NCBI GenBank assembly: GCA_051294375.1
Contig: CM119268.1
Span: 1,943,486-2,007,485 of the forward strand
Direction of reading: 5' to 3'
Length of the DNA stretch: 64,000 nucleotides
From: Paraspadella gotoi
Lineage: Eukaryota; Animalia; Chaetognatha
Shown here: positions 19,001 to 33,142 of the stretch, piece after piece
How the letters are laid out: each line of letters starts with the position of its first letter
Position numbering within the stretch: position 1 is the first letter of the stretch
Translations under genes and position numbers: made by a program
The notes under the pieces: generated by a model
What the model was told of the DNA's origin: nothing
What the model saw: the letters and a program-made list of their open reading frames with translations, nothing else
Database searches by the model: none

Positions 19001-22000
19001 NNNNNNNNNNNNNNNNNNNNNNNNNNNNNNNNNNNNNNNNNNNNNNNNNNNNNNNNNNNNNNNNNNNNNNNNNNNNNGGTGTCCGGTTACAAGCTAAGGC
19101 ATACAAAATCAGGGACGGCAAAGAAATTTGAAACCGACGCAATATTAAAGACCGCGAAGCAAAGAGAGGGAGAGAGAGAGAGAGTGAGTGTGAGTGTGAG
19201 TGAGAGTGTGAGCGAGAGTGTGAGTGCCTCGATGAGTGTGCGATCATTGCATAAGAATTAGTCATGTTCATTTTTTAATTGGTAGTATTATAATATGGGG
19301 AATAATTTAAAAAAATGAAATTAATGAGGTTCACAATATAATATATCTAAAATAAAATCTAAATGAGTATATACAGCAAATCTTGTTCATAACAATGATT
19401 AAGATTAAACTAATTAACATCACATGATAATTAGAGACTCGGAGAAGAAGAATCTAACATTAAGGTGTTATGAAATGGTAGGGCGGGTAATCAATTCCAA
19501 CTTATGGAACACTTAGCGGATGGACATCTTAAGTTTGTGGATTTTTCTTTAGTTGTCTCCGATTTTAAGTTTTAATTTTACTTTGAGGCTCAAGAAAAAA
19601 TCGATGAGATACGAAACAAAAATGTCACCTTTCCTGAGATAAAAATGTTAACGTGAAATATCATCTGTCAAAGGATGACGAATCGTTAATGACATTTTTA
19701 AAAACGGATAATTATTTATTTAATAACCCCCTCTCTCTNNNNNNNNNNNNNNNNNNNNNNNNNNNNNNNNNNNNNNNNNNNNNNNNNNNNNNNNNNNNNN
19801 NNNNNNNNNNNNNNNNNNNNNNNNNNNNNNNNNNNNNNNNNNNNNNNNNNNNNNNNNNNNNNNNNNNNNNNNNNNNNNNNNNNNNNNNNNNNNNNNNNNN
19901 NNNNNNNNNNNNNNNNNNNNNNNNNNNNNNNNNNNNNNNNNNNNNNNNNNNNNNNNNNNNNNNNNNNNNNNNNNNNNNNNNNNNNNNNTCTCTCCTCCCC
20001 AATTTTCGTTCTCTTTCTTATCCAAAGCCTCTGACGGAGAGCGATCGCGCCCTCGTCATCAATCACACACAAAAAGCGCACGCAGCGCACGCAGAAATCA
20101 GGATGGCAGAAAAAGAGGGCGAGTCTCTTCAATCATCGACGTCTTGGGTGTCGTCGTCGTCGTCGTCGTCGTGGCTTCTTTTTTTTTAAACATAATTCGC
20201 AGATTATTAATGACATTACTATTCAATATCAATCATCCGACCATAACCAGCTTATAAATATATAAACTCTCCAAAATTAATTAAAATAATGTTTTTTTCT
20301 CTTTTTACCGCAGTCACTTTGGCATCGATTAACTATTTAAACATGCATTAGCCCGAAATCCGTAATTGTATTCACCGCTCTTTGTCGNNNNNNNNNNCGT
20401 CGTCGTCGTCGTCGTCGTCGTCTCCCTTCTCATATTTCGACAATGCCTTCCCTTTTCTCCCTCCATTGTTCTTTTTTTTTCCTGCCTCCTTTCATTTTCC
20501 CCATTTTCTCCTCTCTTCGTCTCATGGAAACAATCCCGGCTTTTCCTTTCTTTTCNNNNNNNNNNNNNNNNNNNNNNNNNNNNNNNNNNNNNNNNNNNNN
20601 NNNNNNNNNNNNNNNNNNNNNNNNNNNNNNNNNNNNNNNNNNNNNNNNNNNNNNNNNNNNNNNNNNNNNNNNNNNNNNNNNNNNNNNNNNNNNNNNNNNN
20701 NNNNNNNNNNNNNNNNNNNNNNNNNNNNNNNNNTTTTTTAAATTTCATTTATGCACCATTTCATTTTTTTATTCCTTTTTTTTCTGTCTTTGATGCGACG
20801 AAAGAAAAGAGAAAATAGTTTATTAGAGAATTGATGTTCTTTTGTTTCTTCCGCCGCCGCTAGAGTCTGTTTTAATTTAGCTATGCAAAAGCAAAAGCAA
20901 AAAAAAAAAAAGTGTTATTTAATTTAAGAAGAGGTTGAACAGCTGGAGGAATATTTATTTTGTTACATAAGTTTATTATATATCTAAAAAGTGCGTAAAA
21001 ATTAAAAATGAGCGAATGCTATGAAAATTACAATTCAATTTACTTTAAACTCGTGCGCATTTTTTAAAAAATTCGATAGTCCATTTGTCATGTCTTTAGC
21101 AAGATCAGAATTTCGTGGACATATTCCAAAACAGAAAAACCCTAAGGAACACGCCCATTCTCTGACCGGCCCCGCAGTTCTGATGCCTTCCCCCCCNNNN
21201 NNNNNNNNNNNNNNNNNNNNNNNNNNNNNNNNNNNNNNNNNNNNNNNNNNNNNNNNNNNNNNNNNNNNNNNNNNNNNNNNNNNNNNNNNNNNNNNNNNNN
21301 NNNNNNNNNNNNNNNNNNNNNNNNNNNNNNNNNNNNNNNNNNNNNNNNNNNNNNNNNNNNNNNNNNNNNNNNNNNNNNNNNNNNNNNNNNNTTTTTTTCG
21401 GCCTCAAAAAGTCGCGACTCGAACTCGAACCATAAAGTCGTGGTCCTCCTTCCCCGCCCGTCCGGGTCTCGCCTTCCCATATTTTCGTGCTTCGGGTTTC
21501 AAGGATCTTCGGGTGGCGACGTCGAAGAGACGTTGAGAGGGCCGAGGTGGGATGGGGGCGGCGGGGGTGGAGGAGGTGGGTCAAGGGGGCGAAAGAGGGC
21601 GGGACTGTGGAGAAACGCCTCATAAGTTTTGGAGAGAAGGAGAGTCTTCGGATATATGGGCGGAATCTTGCGGATAGCGTGGAGAATAAGTGGCCCGAGG
21701 GAATTTATATATTTGTTTTGAACTATACTTAAAGTAAAATAAAATGTATAAAATGCAATTATAAAAACTTATAAATAAATAGATATTAATAATTACTAAA
21801 AATAAACACTTAGAAACAGTTGTATCAATTTTTGTAAAAGTACTGCTGCGAAAATGCTGAAAACAAAATTCAAGATTTTTACTATTGTTGACTATAGCAA
21901 AAAAATTTTTTTACTCAGTCTCAAATAGTAAAAGTTTAAGTTTGTAAAAGTTTAGTTATCAGTTAATATTTTAAAATTTTTTTTTTNNNNNNNNNNNNNN

Positions 22001-22361
22001 NNNNNNNNNNNNNNNNNNNNNNNNNNNNNNNNNNNNNNNNNNNNNNNNNNNNNNNNNNNNNNNNNNNNNNNNNNNNNNNNNNNNNNNNNNNNNNNNNNNN
22101 NNNNNNNNNNNNNNNNNNNNNNNNNNNNNNNNNNNNNNNNNCTGCCTCCTCGACGGTGCTGCCTCCTCGACGGTGCTGCCTTCTCCGGAAGGTTTCGATG
22201 ACTTTTGATGGACACAGAGCGATTGTGGCTCAACACGCGAGAATCTAATATCGAGAACGAAATAAAAAAAAAGAAAGAAAAAATGGGGATATTGAAAAAA
22301 AAGAAAGAAAGAAATAGAAGAGAAATAAATAAGGAGCAATGAAATAAATAAATAAATAAAA

Positions 22362-22413
<52 letters not shown>

Positions 22414-22417
22414 AAAA

Positions 22418-22461
<44 letters not shown>
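22362..22461. repeat. (AAAG)n microsatellite
   Basis: About 25 tetramer units. Confidence 0.9.
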
Positions 22462-22646
22462 AGAGGCTCTCTGTCATGGTATAACGTCATCAACGGATCG
22501 AGTATCGGATGGCGAAGAATTTATGAACGCTCTCTTTTTTGCGGCGTCGTCGTCGTCGTCGTCGTTGTCGTCGTCGGTGGCGGCGCCCATCGGCGTCGGC
22601 TCAGATCGAGAGGTGGGATCTTCGTCTAGGGTTTCAAAGGTGGAAG

Positions 22647-22708
<62 letters not shown>

Positions 22709-23979
22709 GGAAAGAGAGAGAGCGGGTAGGGTCAGCCAGAGCGGTAGAGTGGGTGGGGATTTCGAAAGTAAGGAACGAGTTTTGGGGTCAGAATTAGTTC
22801 GATACCTTTTTTTTATCTGAAAGGAGACGTCAAAAAATCTCCGGGAGGGAAAACGTTGGCGGTCCTTCGTTGAGTTTATTCGTTCGTTGGGTGTTTTGTT
22901 CGTTAAATTTTATGTTCGTTGAGTTTATTCGTTCGTTGAGTTTTTAGCTTGTTTTGTTCAGAGTTCGTTAAGTTTTTCGTTTTGTTTTCATTGTTTATTT
23001 TTTATTAGTTGAGTTTCTTTAGTTTGTTTCGTTTGTGGATTTTCGCTTGTTGAGTTTTCTTTTTCTTAAATAAATTACGTTTGTTTAATAACTTTTTTTG
23101 TTGATTAAATTTTTATCTACACAGTTTGTTTCCGTTTTATATAAATTGTTGATTAATTCGTTTTTAATACATAATTCGTACTTTTAATATATATTTCTCG
23201 CTAAAATCTTTTTTCTGACTCTGTCGCTTTTAACTTTAAGTCGATAATAAGATGTTGTTGTTGTCGTTTTCCCCTCGCGGTGAAAGACGAAACTCTCGTC
23301 AAAACGGCGTCACGAACCCCCGCGGGTCGCGGGGTGACGACAACGGCGTCGCCAACGTCGGCAGCGTCTCCTCCGGCGCGATCGCCGATGAGCGAGAAGA
23401 TTAGCGACCGAGAATCCGGCAACGAAGCAACGATATATTTGTAGCGATGGAAAAAGATGGCGCTGAATGCTGAAGATGAGCGGGAAGAACGGTGTCTTGG
23501 GGTTGGGGTTGGGGGTATAAGGAGCGGCGGGTGGGGGCGCGAATTAGGGGGGGTTATTTGATCATGCTGTCCAAGTCAATAGTGAGTTTATTTTGCTGTT
23601 AAGTTTAATAAAATTTGAGTTAAACTAGTGAGGTTGAATTAATCTTCGCGAATGATTCCGAACACATGATTCCATCCTATAGTGACTCGTCTCTCGCTCT
23701 CTATCCGAAAACTGTAAATTATTTTAAATATTGCTAAAAAAAAATAATAAATAAAATTATTTTCATCCAAAAAATATGAGAAAATTTGAAATTAATCATC
23801 ATGATAAATGAAGTAGAAACTTCATTATCATTATCATGATTATGGAAACATCCGGTGGTAAAATATTTTTTTCCCACATATTTTTTTAAATTAAATTTTT
23901 TTTCTCCGATGCTAAAGAAACTCGTAAATCAAACCTGGAATCGATCTTGATCTCTGCCTTCAAAGACTGAAAATCTGAA

Positions 23980-24011
<32 letters not shown>

Positions 24012-24626
24012 GAGATTTTTAACTCGCAAAATGACAAACTCTTTTACCGGATGATCGCTGCCAACTGTTATTTTCGATTGATATTTAAAAACGAACGATT
24101 AACAATATAAATATCGGAAGAAAAAAAAACATAGCCAATCTATTAAGATTAACTGTGAAAATTAACGCTAATACTTAAGCGTAGATTCGCTTGCGTTTAC
24201 TTGCGACAGTAGATCGGGATGCGTATTTACTGACACACTGTTCATATCTTACAGTCAAACAGTCAAACAGTCAAACGCAAAATCATTCATGCGAGAAGCC
24301 AGGTAAGGAAGATTCTTTCCTTCCGTCTCTCTCTCTCTCTCTCTCCTTTCGTGCCTGAAAAGAAAAGAAATTTTTATGCCTCCGAGGAGAAAAGCGCGAG
24401 TCTTCAATGTTGTCGTTATTGGAAGCCCACGTTGAATAATGTCCTCGTTATAAGGAGACCTTCTTGAATATCCCTGACCCCGAAAAACCCTATTTGATTG
24501 GAGTCAGTCCGTTATTTGGAGCGCGTATTTTTCTAAATATTGTCACGTAGTCATTTATGATTCTAATGAAAAACAAAAATCGCTAATGAATTTCCTAAAA
24601 AAACACGTAAATGACGGCTAAGAGAT

Positions 24627-27600
24627 TCAGTAAAAATGTTATTTTCAGTTGTATTGGTAAAAATTTCAGTAAAATGTTAGTATTTAAGTGGTATTGTAAA
24701 TTTTCAGTAAAATGTTAGTTTCAGTTATTGTAATTTTTCACGTCAATGTTAGTTCTAGTTGTATTGCTCATTTAAGTAAAATCGTTAAGTTTCAGTTATG
24801 TAATTTTCAGTAAACCATATTAGTTCAGTTGTATTGTATTTTCAAAAAAATATTAGTTTCAGTTGTATTGGTAAATTTCAGTATAATACTTAGTTTCAGT
24901 TGTATTGTACATTTCACGTAAAAATTAGTTTAGTTGTAATGTAATTTTCAGTAACAATATTAAGGTTCAGTTGTATTGGTAATTTTTCAAAGTAAAATAT
25001 TAGTTTCCAGTTGTAAAATTGTAATTCTTCAGTAAAATATTAGGTTCAGTTGTATTGTTAATCTTTCAGTAAACTATATGTTTCAGTTGTATTGTAACTT
25101 TTCAGTAAAATGTTAGTTTTGCAGTTGTATTGTAATTTTCAGTAACAGATTAGGGGTGCGCTCAGGAGGGACAGTGATCTGTAAATCTCACAGCAAAATC
25201 TGGCTTGCAGTTTCAGCTTGTATTGTAACTTCCGAGAGAGAGAGAGCGCGGGAGTCTGGTGAGAGCGAGTTACCGAGAGAGCGTTATTGTTATTGATATC
25301 CATGTAATTTGTCACAGGAGTGTTAGTATCTTCAGAGAGTTGTATTGTAATTTTCAGTAAAAATGTTGTTTCAGCTTGTTTGTATTTCTCCAGCTAAACC
25401 ATGCTTACGTTTCAGTTGTATTCGTAATTTCAGTACCAACTGTTCAGTCTTCACGTACTGTAATGTTCTGTAGCGTTGTCAGTAAAAATACGTTAGTTTC
25501 AGCCTTTATTAGTACATTTTCAGTAAAATGTTAGTTTCAGTTGTAGTTGTAATTTTCAGTAAAAATGTTAGTTTCAGTTGTATTGTAATTTTTCAGTAAA
25601 ATGTTACGTTTCAGTTGCTATTGTAATTCTTCAGTAAATCATTAGTTTCACGTTGTATTTGTAATTTCAGTAAAATGTTAGTTTCAGTTGTATTGTAATT
25701 TTCAGTAAAATGGTTAGTATCAGTTGTATGTACATCTTTTCAGTAAAATTGTTAAAGTTTCAGTTGTATTGTAATTTCAGTAAAATGTAGTTCTTCAGAT
25801 TGTATTGTAATTTTCAGTAAAATGTTAGTTCAGTTGTCATTGTAATTTTCGTAAAATGTTTAGTTTCAGTTGTATTGTAATTTTCAGGTAAAATGTTAGT
25901 TTCAGTTGTATTGTAATTTCAGTAAAATATTAAGTTCTCATGTCTGTAATTGTACTTTCAAGTAAATATATTAGTTTCAGTTGTATTGTAATTATTCAGT
26001 AAAATATTAGTTTTCAGGTTGTATTGTAATTTTCAGTAAAAATATTAGTTCAGCTTGTATTGTAATTTCAGTAATATTAAGGTTCAGGTTGTATTGTAAT
26101 TTTCAGTAAAATTTAGTTTCAGTGTATTGTAATTTTACAGTAAAAATATAGGTTCAAGTTTGTATTGTAATTTTCAGTAAAATGTTAGTTTCAGTCTCTG
26201 TATTGTAATTTCAGTAAAATGTTAGTTTCAGTTGTATTGTAATTTTTCAGCTAAAAATGTTACGTCTTCAGTGTATGTAAATTATTCAGTAACGCAATGT
26301 TAGTTTCAGTTGTATCTGGTAATTTTCAGTAAAATTTTAGTTTCAGTGTATTGTAATTTGTAAAAAAAGATGTTAGTTTCAGTTGTATCTGTAATTTTCA
26401 GTAAAATGTTAGTTTCAGTTGTATTCGTAAATTTTCATAAACAGATAGTTTCAGTTGGATTGTACATTTTCAGTAAAATGTTAGTTTCAGTTGTATTGTA
26501 ATTTTTTCAGTAAAATTTAGTTTCAGTTGTATGGTAATCTTTCAGTAAATGTTAGTTTTCAGTTGTATAGTAATTTCAGTAAAATGTTAGTTTGCAGCTT
26601 GTATGTGTAATCTTTACAGTTACAAATGTTAGTATTTCAGTTGTATTAGGTATTATCCATATGAAGATGTTATATTTCAGTTTTGTATTGTAATTTTCAG
26701 TAAAATGTTAGTTTAGTTGTATTGTTATTTCCAGTAAAATCATTAGTATTCAGTTGTATTTGGTAATTTTCACGTAAAATAGTTAGTTTCAGTTGTACTC
26801 TGTTAAATTTTCAGTAAAATATTAGTTTCCAGTTGTTTTGTCACCCATTTCAGTAAATATTAAGTTTAGTTGTTGTAATTTTCAGTAAAATATTAGTTCA
26901 GTTGTATTGTAATTTTCAGTAAAATGATTGACAGTATTTCAGTAAGCGGTAACGATTTTCAGTAAATTATTAGGTTCAGTTGTTTATTGTAATTTTTCAG
27001 TAAAATGTTAGTTTAGTGTATTGTAATTTCAGTAAAATGTTAGTTTCAGTTGAATTGTAAATTTTCAGTAAAAATGTACGGTTACTGAGAGTGTATTTAG
27101 ATTTTCAGTAAATGTTAGTTTCAGTTGTATTGCTAAATTTTCAGTAGAAAAAGAAAAAATGTTTAGTTTCAAGTCTTGTATTGTTAATTTTCAGTAAAAT
27201 GTGAGTTTTCAAGTTGTATTTGGTAATTTTCGCTAAAAATGTTTAGTTTTCAGTTGTATTGTAATTTTCAAGTAATAATGTTAGTTTCCAGTGTATTGTA
27301 ATTCAGTAAAAATGTTAGCTTTATCTGCTAATTGGTATTTTTCCAGTAAAATGTTAGTTTCACAGTGTATTGTAATTTTCAGTAAAATGTTAGTTTCAGT
27401 TGTATTGTAATTTTACATGTAAAATATGTTATTCAGCTTGTATTGTTAAATTTCAGTAAAATGTTAGTTTCAGTTGTATGTAATTTTCCAGTAAAATGTT
27501 AGTTTCAGTTGTCATTGTAATTTTCAGTAAAAATGGTTAAGTTCAGTTGTCATTGTACATTTTCAGTAAAATTAGTTTCAGTTGTATTGTAATTTCAAGT

Positions 27601-28228
27601 AAAATGTTAGTTTCAAGTTGTATCTGTAGATCTTCTGTCAGTAAAAATAGTTAGTTTCCCAGTTGTATTCGTACATTTTCAGCTAATGTTAGTTTCAGTT
27701 CGTACTTGTATTTTTTCAGTAAACAGACTGTTAGTTTTCAGTTGTATGGCTAATTTTCAGTAAAATGTTAGTTTCAAGTTGTATTGTAATTTTTCAGTAA
27801 AATGTTTAGTTTCAGTTGTATTCTAATTTTCCAAGTAAAATATTAGTTTCAGTTGTAATTGTAATTTCAGTAAATATCATTGTTTCAGTTTATTGTAATT
27901 CTTCAGTAAAATATTAGTTTCAGTTGGATTGTAATTTTCAGTATATATTCAGTTGTCAGTTTGTCTTGTAATTTTCAGTAAAATATTAGCGTTTCAGTTG
28001 TTATTGTAAATTTTCAGTAAAATATTAGTTTCCATTGTAATTGTGAATTTTCAAGTAAAATATAGGTTCAGTTATTGTAATTTTCAGTAAAATGCTTAGT
28101 TTCAGTTGTCATTGTATTTTCAGTAAAATGTTAGTTTCAGCTTGTTATTGTAATTTTCAGTAAACAATGTTAGTTTCAGTTTGTATTGTAATTTTCAGTA
28201 AAAATCGTCTAGTTCAGTTGTAAATTGT

Positions 28229-28263
<35 letters not shown>

Positions 28264-31200
28264 CAGTAAAATGTTAGTTCAGTTGTATGTAATGTTTTCA
28301 GTAAATGTTAGTTTCAGTTGTATTCGTAATTTTCAGTAAATATGTTAGCTTTCAGTGTATTGTAAATTTTCAGTAAAATGTTAGTTTCCAAGTCTGTATT
28401 CGTAAATTTTCAGTAAAATGTTAGTTCCAGTTGTATTGCGTAAATTTTCAGTAAAATGTTAGTTTCCAGTTGTATTGTAATTTTCAGTAAAAATCAGTTG
28501 TATGTAATTTCAGTATGTTTTATGTTGTTCTTAATTTTCAGATTAAAATATTAGTTTCATTGTATTGGTAACTTTTTCAGTAAAATGTTAGTCTTCAGTT
28601 TTATCGTAAATTTTCAGTATAAAATATAGTTTCAGTCTGTATCTTGTCAATTTTTCGAAGTAAAAACATGTTTTTATACGTTGTTCAAGTCTGTATTGTA
28701 ATTTCGACAGGTAAAATGTTAGTTTGAGTCTGTATTGTTAATTCTGAGGTAAAATGTTAGTCTCAGTTGTATTGTAAATTTAGTTAAAATATCTTAGTTT
28801 CAGTGTATTGTAATTTTCAGGTAAAGTTTAAATAGTTATTCACAGTTTGTATGAATCCATCGTATACTAGTCATGTCTGTTAATTCATTTCCAGTAAAAT
28901 GTAGTAGTTTTCCACGTTGTATTGTAATTTCAGTAAAATATTAGTTGTCAAGTTGTATTTTGTTAATTTCAGTAAAATTGTTAGTTTTTAATCAGTATAA
29001 ATGAATGAGTCTTGTAGTATTTTTCGTAAAATGTAGTTTCGAGTTTATTGTAATTTTCAGTTAAAATGTTAGTTTTCATTATGTAATGTTCGTAAATATT
29101 GTATTCTTGTGTTCAGAATAAAAAAGTGCGTGATTACGTCAATTCAGTACTGGAGTTTCAGTTGAGTGTAATTTTCAGAACAAATAGTTAAGTGTTCAGT
29201 TGTATTTTAATTTTTCAGTGATAAACAGATGAGTTCTCAGTTGGTATTGTAATTTTCAGTTAAAATTGTTAGGTTTTCCAGTTGTATTGTAATTTTTCAG
29301 TAAAATGTTAGTTTCAAGTTATCTGTAATTTTCAGCTAAAATTTATGTTTCGAGTTTGTATATCTATGGTAATTTTTCAAGTAAAATATTAGTTTCAGTT
29401 TGTATGTAAATTTCAGTAAAATAGTTAGTTCATAGTTTCTATTTAATTTCAAGTAAAATGTTTAGTTTCATGTATTGCTAACTTTTCATAAATAGTTAGT
29501 TTCAACTTGTACTTGTAAATTTTCCCAGTTTAAAATGTTAGTTCAAGTTGTCATTGTTAAATTGTCAAGTAAAATATTATTTCAGTTGTATCTGAACAGT
29601 AACGATTGTTAAGTAGCTAAATTTAGTTTATTAGGTTTCAGTTGTATTGGTAACTTGTTCCAGTAAAATGTTAAGTTCTCAGTATGTATGTTGTAATTTT
29701 CAGTACAAAATGTTAGTTCAGTTTGTTGAGTTGTAATTTCAGTAAAATTTAGTTTCAGTTGTATTTGGTAATTTTCAGTAAGAATATTTAGTTTCAGTTG
29801 TAGTGTAATTTGCATCAGTAAAAATGTTAGTTTCAGTTGTAATGTAATTTTTCAAGCTAAAAGTTAGTTCATTGTAGTTGTAATTTCTCAGTAAAATGTT
29901 GTTCTCAGTTGTATCTGTAATTTTCCAGTAAAATGTTAGTTTTCAAGTTGTAATTGTAATTTCAGTAAAATTTGACTTTCAGTGTATTGTGTAATTTTCA
30001 GTAAAATAGTAGTTTCAGTGTTGCTTGTCGTAAATTTTCAGGTAAAAATGTTAGTTTCAGTTGTAGTTAGTAATTTTCAAGTAAAATTAGTTCAGTTGTT
30101 TTAGTTGTATTAAAATTTGTTCAGTAAAAATGTTAGGTCAGTTCAAGTGTATTGTATTTCAAGTAAAATGTTAGTTTCAGTTGATGGATCTGTAAATTTT
30201 CCAGCTTAAAATTCTAAGTTTCCAGTTGTATTGTAGATTTTCCCAAGTAAAAATTTAGTTCTTCAGTTGTTGTAATTTTCAGTAAAATGTAGTTTAGTTG
30301 TATCTGCTAATTTTCAGTAAAAATGTATGTTTCAGTTTATTTGTAATTTTTCAGTAAAATATTAGTATTAGTTGTCATTGTAATTTTCAGTAAGAAATTT
30401 AGTTTTCAGTGTTTATGTAATTTTTCAGTAAAATGTTAGTTTCATTGTTGTGTAATTTCAGATAAAATGTTAGTGTTTCAGTGTAATTGTAATTTTGGCA
30501 GTAAGAATGTTAGTTTCAGTTGTATTGTAAATTTCAGTTAAAAATTTAGTTTCAGTGTGTATTGTAAATTTTCAGAAAATATTTCAGTTCAGTTGTTTGT
30601 ATTGATTCAAGTAAAATATATAGTTTCAGTTTGCTATTGTAAATTTTCAGTAAAAATCGTTAGTTTCAAGTTTGTAGTGTATATATTTCAGTAAAATATT
30701 AGTGTTCATTGTATTGGAATTTCAGAATAAAATCGTTAGTTTCAGTTGTATTTGTAATCTTTCCTAGGTAAAATGTTTACGTTTCAGTTGTATTGTTATT
30801 TCGAGTAAAAGCATCGTGATCAGTTCATAAAATGCTAGTTTAGTGTTTGGTAATTTTTCAGTAAACATTTAGTTTCAGTGATATTGTAATCTTTCAGTAA
30901 ATGTATTCAGTTGTATGTAAAGTATATTAGTCTTCAGTTGTATGTAATTTTTCACAGTAAAAATATAGTCAGTTTAGTTGTTATTGTAATTTTCAGTAAA
31001 ATAGTTAGTTTCAGTTGTATTGTAATTTTCAGATGTAAAATATTAGGTGTTCAGTTGTATTCGTTATCAATTTTCAGTAAAATATTAGTTTCCAGTTGTA
31101 TTGTAAGTTTCAAGGTAAACATGTTAGTTTCATTTGTATGCTATTTTCAGTAAAATATTAGTTTCAGTTGTATGTGTAATTTTCCAGTAAAATGTTAGTT

Positions 31201-32762
31201 TCAGTTGTATTTTGTAATTTTTCAGTAAAATGTTAGTTTTCAGTTGTAGTGTCAATTTTCAAGTGTAAAATTACGTAGTTTCAGTTGTTCTTTAATTTTC
31301 AGTAAAATTGGACTTCAGTTGTCGGTATTTCAGTAATATATTGTATGATTGTAATGTCCAGTAAAATGTTAGTTTCAGTTGTATTGTAAATTTTCAGTAA
31401 AATGTTAGTTTCAGTTGTATTGTAATTTTCAGTAAAATGTTAGTTTCAGTTGTATTGTAATTTTCCAGTAAAAATGTTAGTTTCAGTTGTATTGTATATT
31501 TTCAGTAAATTAGTTAGTTTCAGTTGTATTGTAATTTTCAGTAAAATGTTAGTTTCAGTTGTATTGTATATTTTCAGTAAAATATATTTAGTTGTTTGAA
31601 TTTCAGTAAAAATGTTAGTTTCAGTTGTATTGTAATTTCAGTAAAATGTTAGTTTCAGTTGTATTGTAATTTTCCAGTAAAATGTTTAGTTTCAGTTAGT
31701 ATTGTAATTTTTCAGTAAAATGTTAGTTTCAGTTGATTGTAATTTTCAGTAAAATGTTAGTTTCAGTTGTATTGTAATTTTCTAGTAAAATTGTTAGTTT
31801 CCAGTTGTATTGTAATTTTCAGTAAAATGATTAGTTTCAGTTGTATTTGTAATTTTCAGTAAAATATTAGTTTCAGTTTATTGTAATTTCAGTAATAAAT
31901 GTTAGTTTTCAGTTTGATTGAATTTCAGTAAAATGTTAGTTCTCGTTGTATTGTAATTTTCAGTAAAATGTTAGTTTCAGTTGTATTGTAATTTTCAGTA
32001 AAAATGTTATTAGTTTTAATTTCAGTAAATGTTCAGTCAGTGTATTGTAATTTTCAGTAAAATGTTAGTTCAGTGTTGTATTAGTCAATTTTAGTTTCAG
32101 TTGTATTTTCAATTTTCAGTAAAATGTTAGTTTCAGTTGTTAAGTGTAATTTTCAGAAAATGATTAGTTTGTGTTGTATTGTAATTTTCAGTAAAATGAT
32201 TAGTTTCAGTTGTTATTATTCGTAATATATTATCAGTGTAGTAATTTCAGTAAAATGTTAGTTTCAGTTGTATGTAATTTTCAGTAAAATGTTAGTTTCA
32301 GTTGTATTGTAATTTTCAGTAAAAATGTTAGTTTCAAGTTGTATTGTAGAATTTTTCAGTAAAAATGTTAGTTTCAGTTGTATTGTAATTTTCAGTAAAA
32401 TGTTTAGTTTCAGTTGTATTGTAATTTTTCAGTAAAATGTTAGTTTCAGTTGTATTGTAATTTTTCAGTAAAATGTTAGTTCAGTTGTAGTTGGTAATTT
32501 TCAGTAAAATATTAGTTTCAGTGTATTTGTAATTTTCAGTAAAATGTTAGGTTTCAGTTGTATGTAATTTTCAGTAAAATTTAGTTTTCAGTTGTATTGT
32601 AATTTTCAGTAAAATGTTAGTTTCAGTTGTAGTGTAATTTTCAGTAAAATATTAGTTTCAGTTGTATTGTAATTTTCAGTAAAATGTTAGTTTCAGTTGT
32701 ATTGTAATTTCAGTAAAAATGTTAGTTTCAGTTGTATTGTAATTTTCAGTGAAAATGTTAGC
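24627..32762. repeat. AT-rich 35-bp satellite array, consensus CAGTAAAATGTTAGTTTCAGTTGTATTGTAATTTT
   Basis: Head-to-tail copies for ~8.1 kb (about 230 units by length). Clean units near 31380-32760 and indel-rich ones elsewhere. Ends at a 25-N gap. Confidence 0.95.
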
Positions 32763-33101
32763 NNNNNNNNNNNNNNNNNNNNNNNNNACAATAGCCTGAT
32801 GACATCGGATAAATAAATTTCCACTGAGGGTTCATTAGACGAAGTCACAATTAAGGCATTTATCGACTGTGCGTGCCTCGCAGCCGATCGGAAGTGTAAT
32901 CCTGTTACCGACCGCTTTCAACGATGGTTGTGAATATTCACGGATCTCTCAGTCTATGTATATTGCTCTCCTTATCTCTCTCTCTTCCTTTCATATCAAT
33001 TATTCAATCATGGGGGAAGTTAAATATCATTGTTAAAGGGCTGGAACCCGAGACTTCGCAGGCCACTATCATAACCTGGAACTCGCGTAGCTCCAAACTC
33101 G

Positions 33102-33142
<41 letters not shown>

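Noticed and set aside
14990-22236. Long ORFs spanning N runs
   Set aside because: They are open only because Ns contain no stop codons.
25150-25340. Apparent GC-rich insertion inside the satellite
   Set aside because: Satellite words are still interleaved, with no TSD or termini. It looks like a low-quality stretch of a long read.
24627-32762. CRISPR-like array (35-bp periodicity)
   Set aside because: Units are head-to-tail with no unique spacers, there are no cas genes, and the context is eukaryotic.
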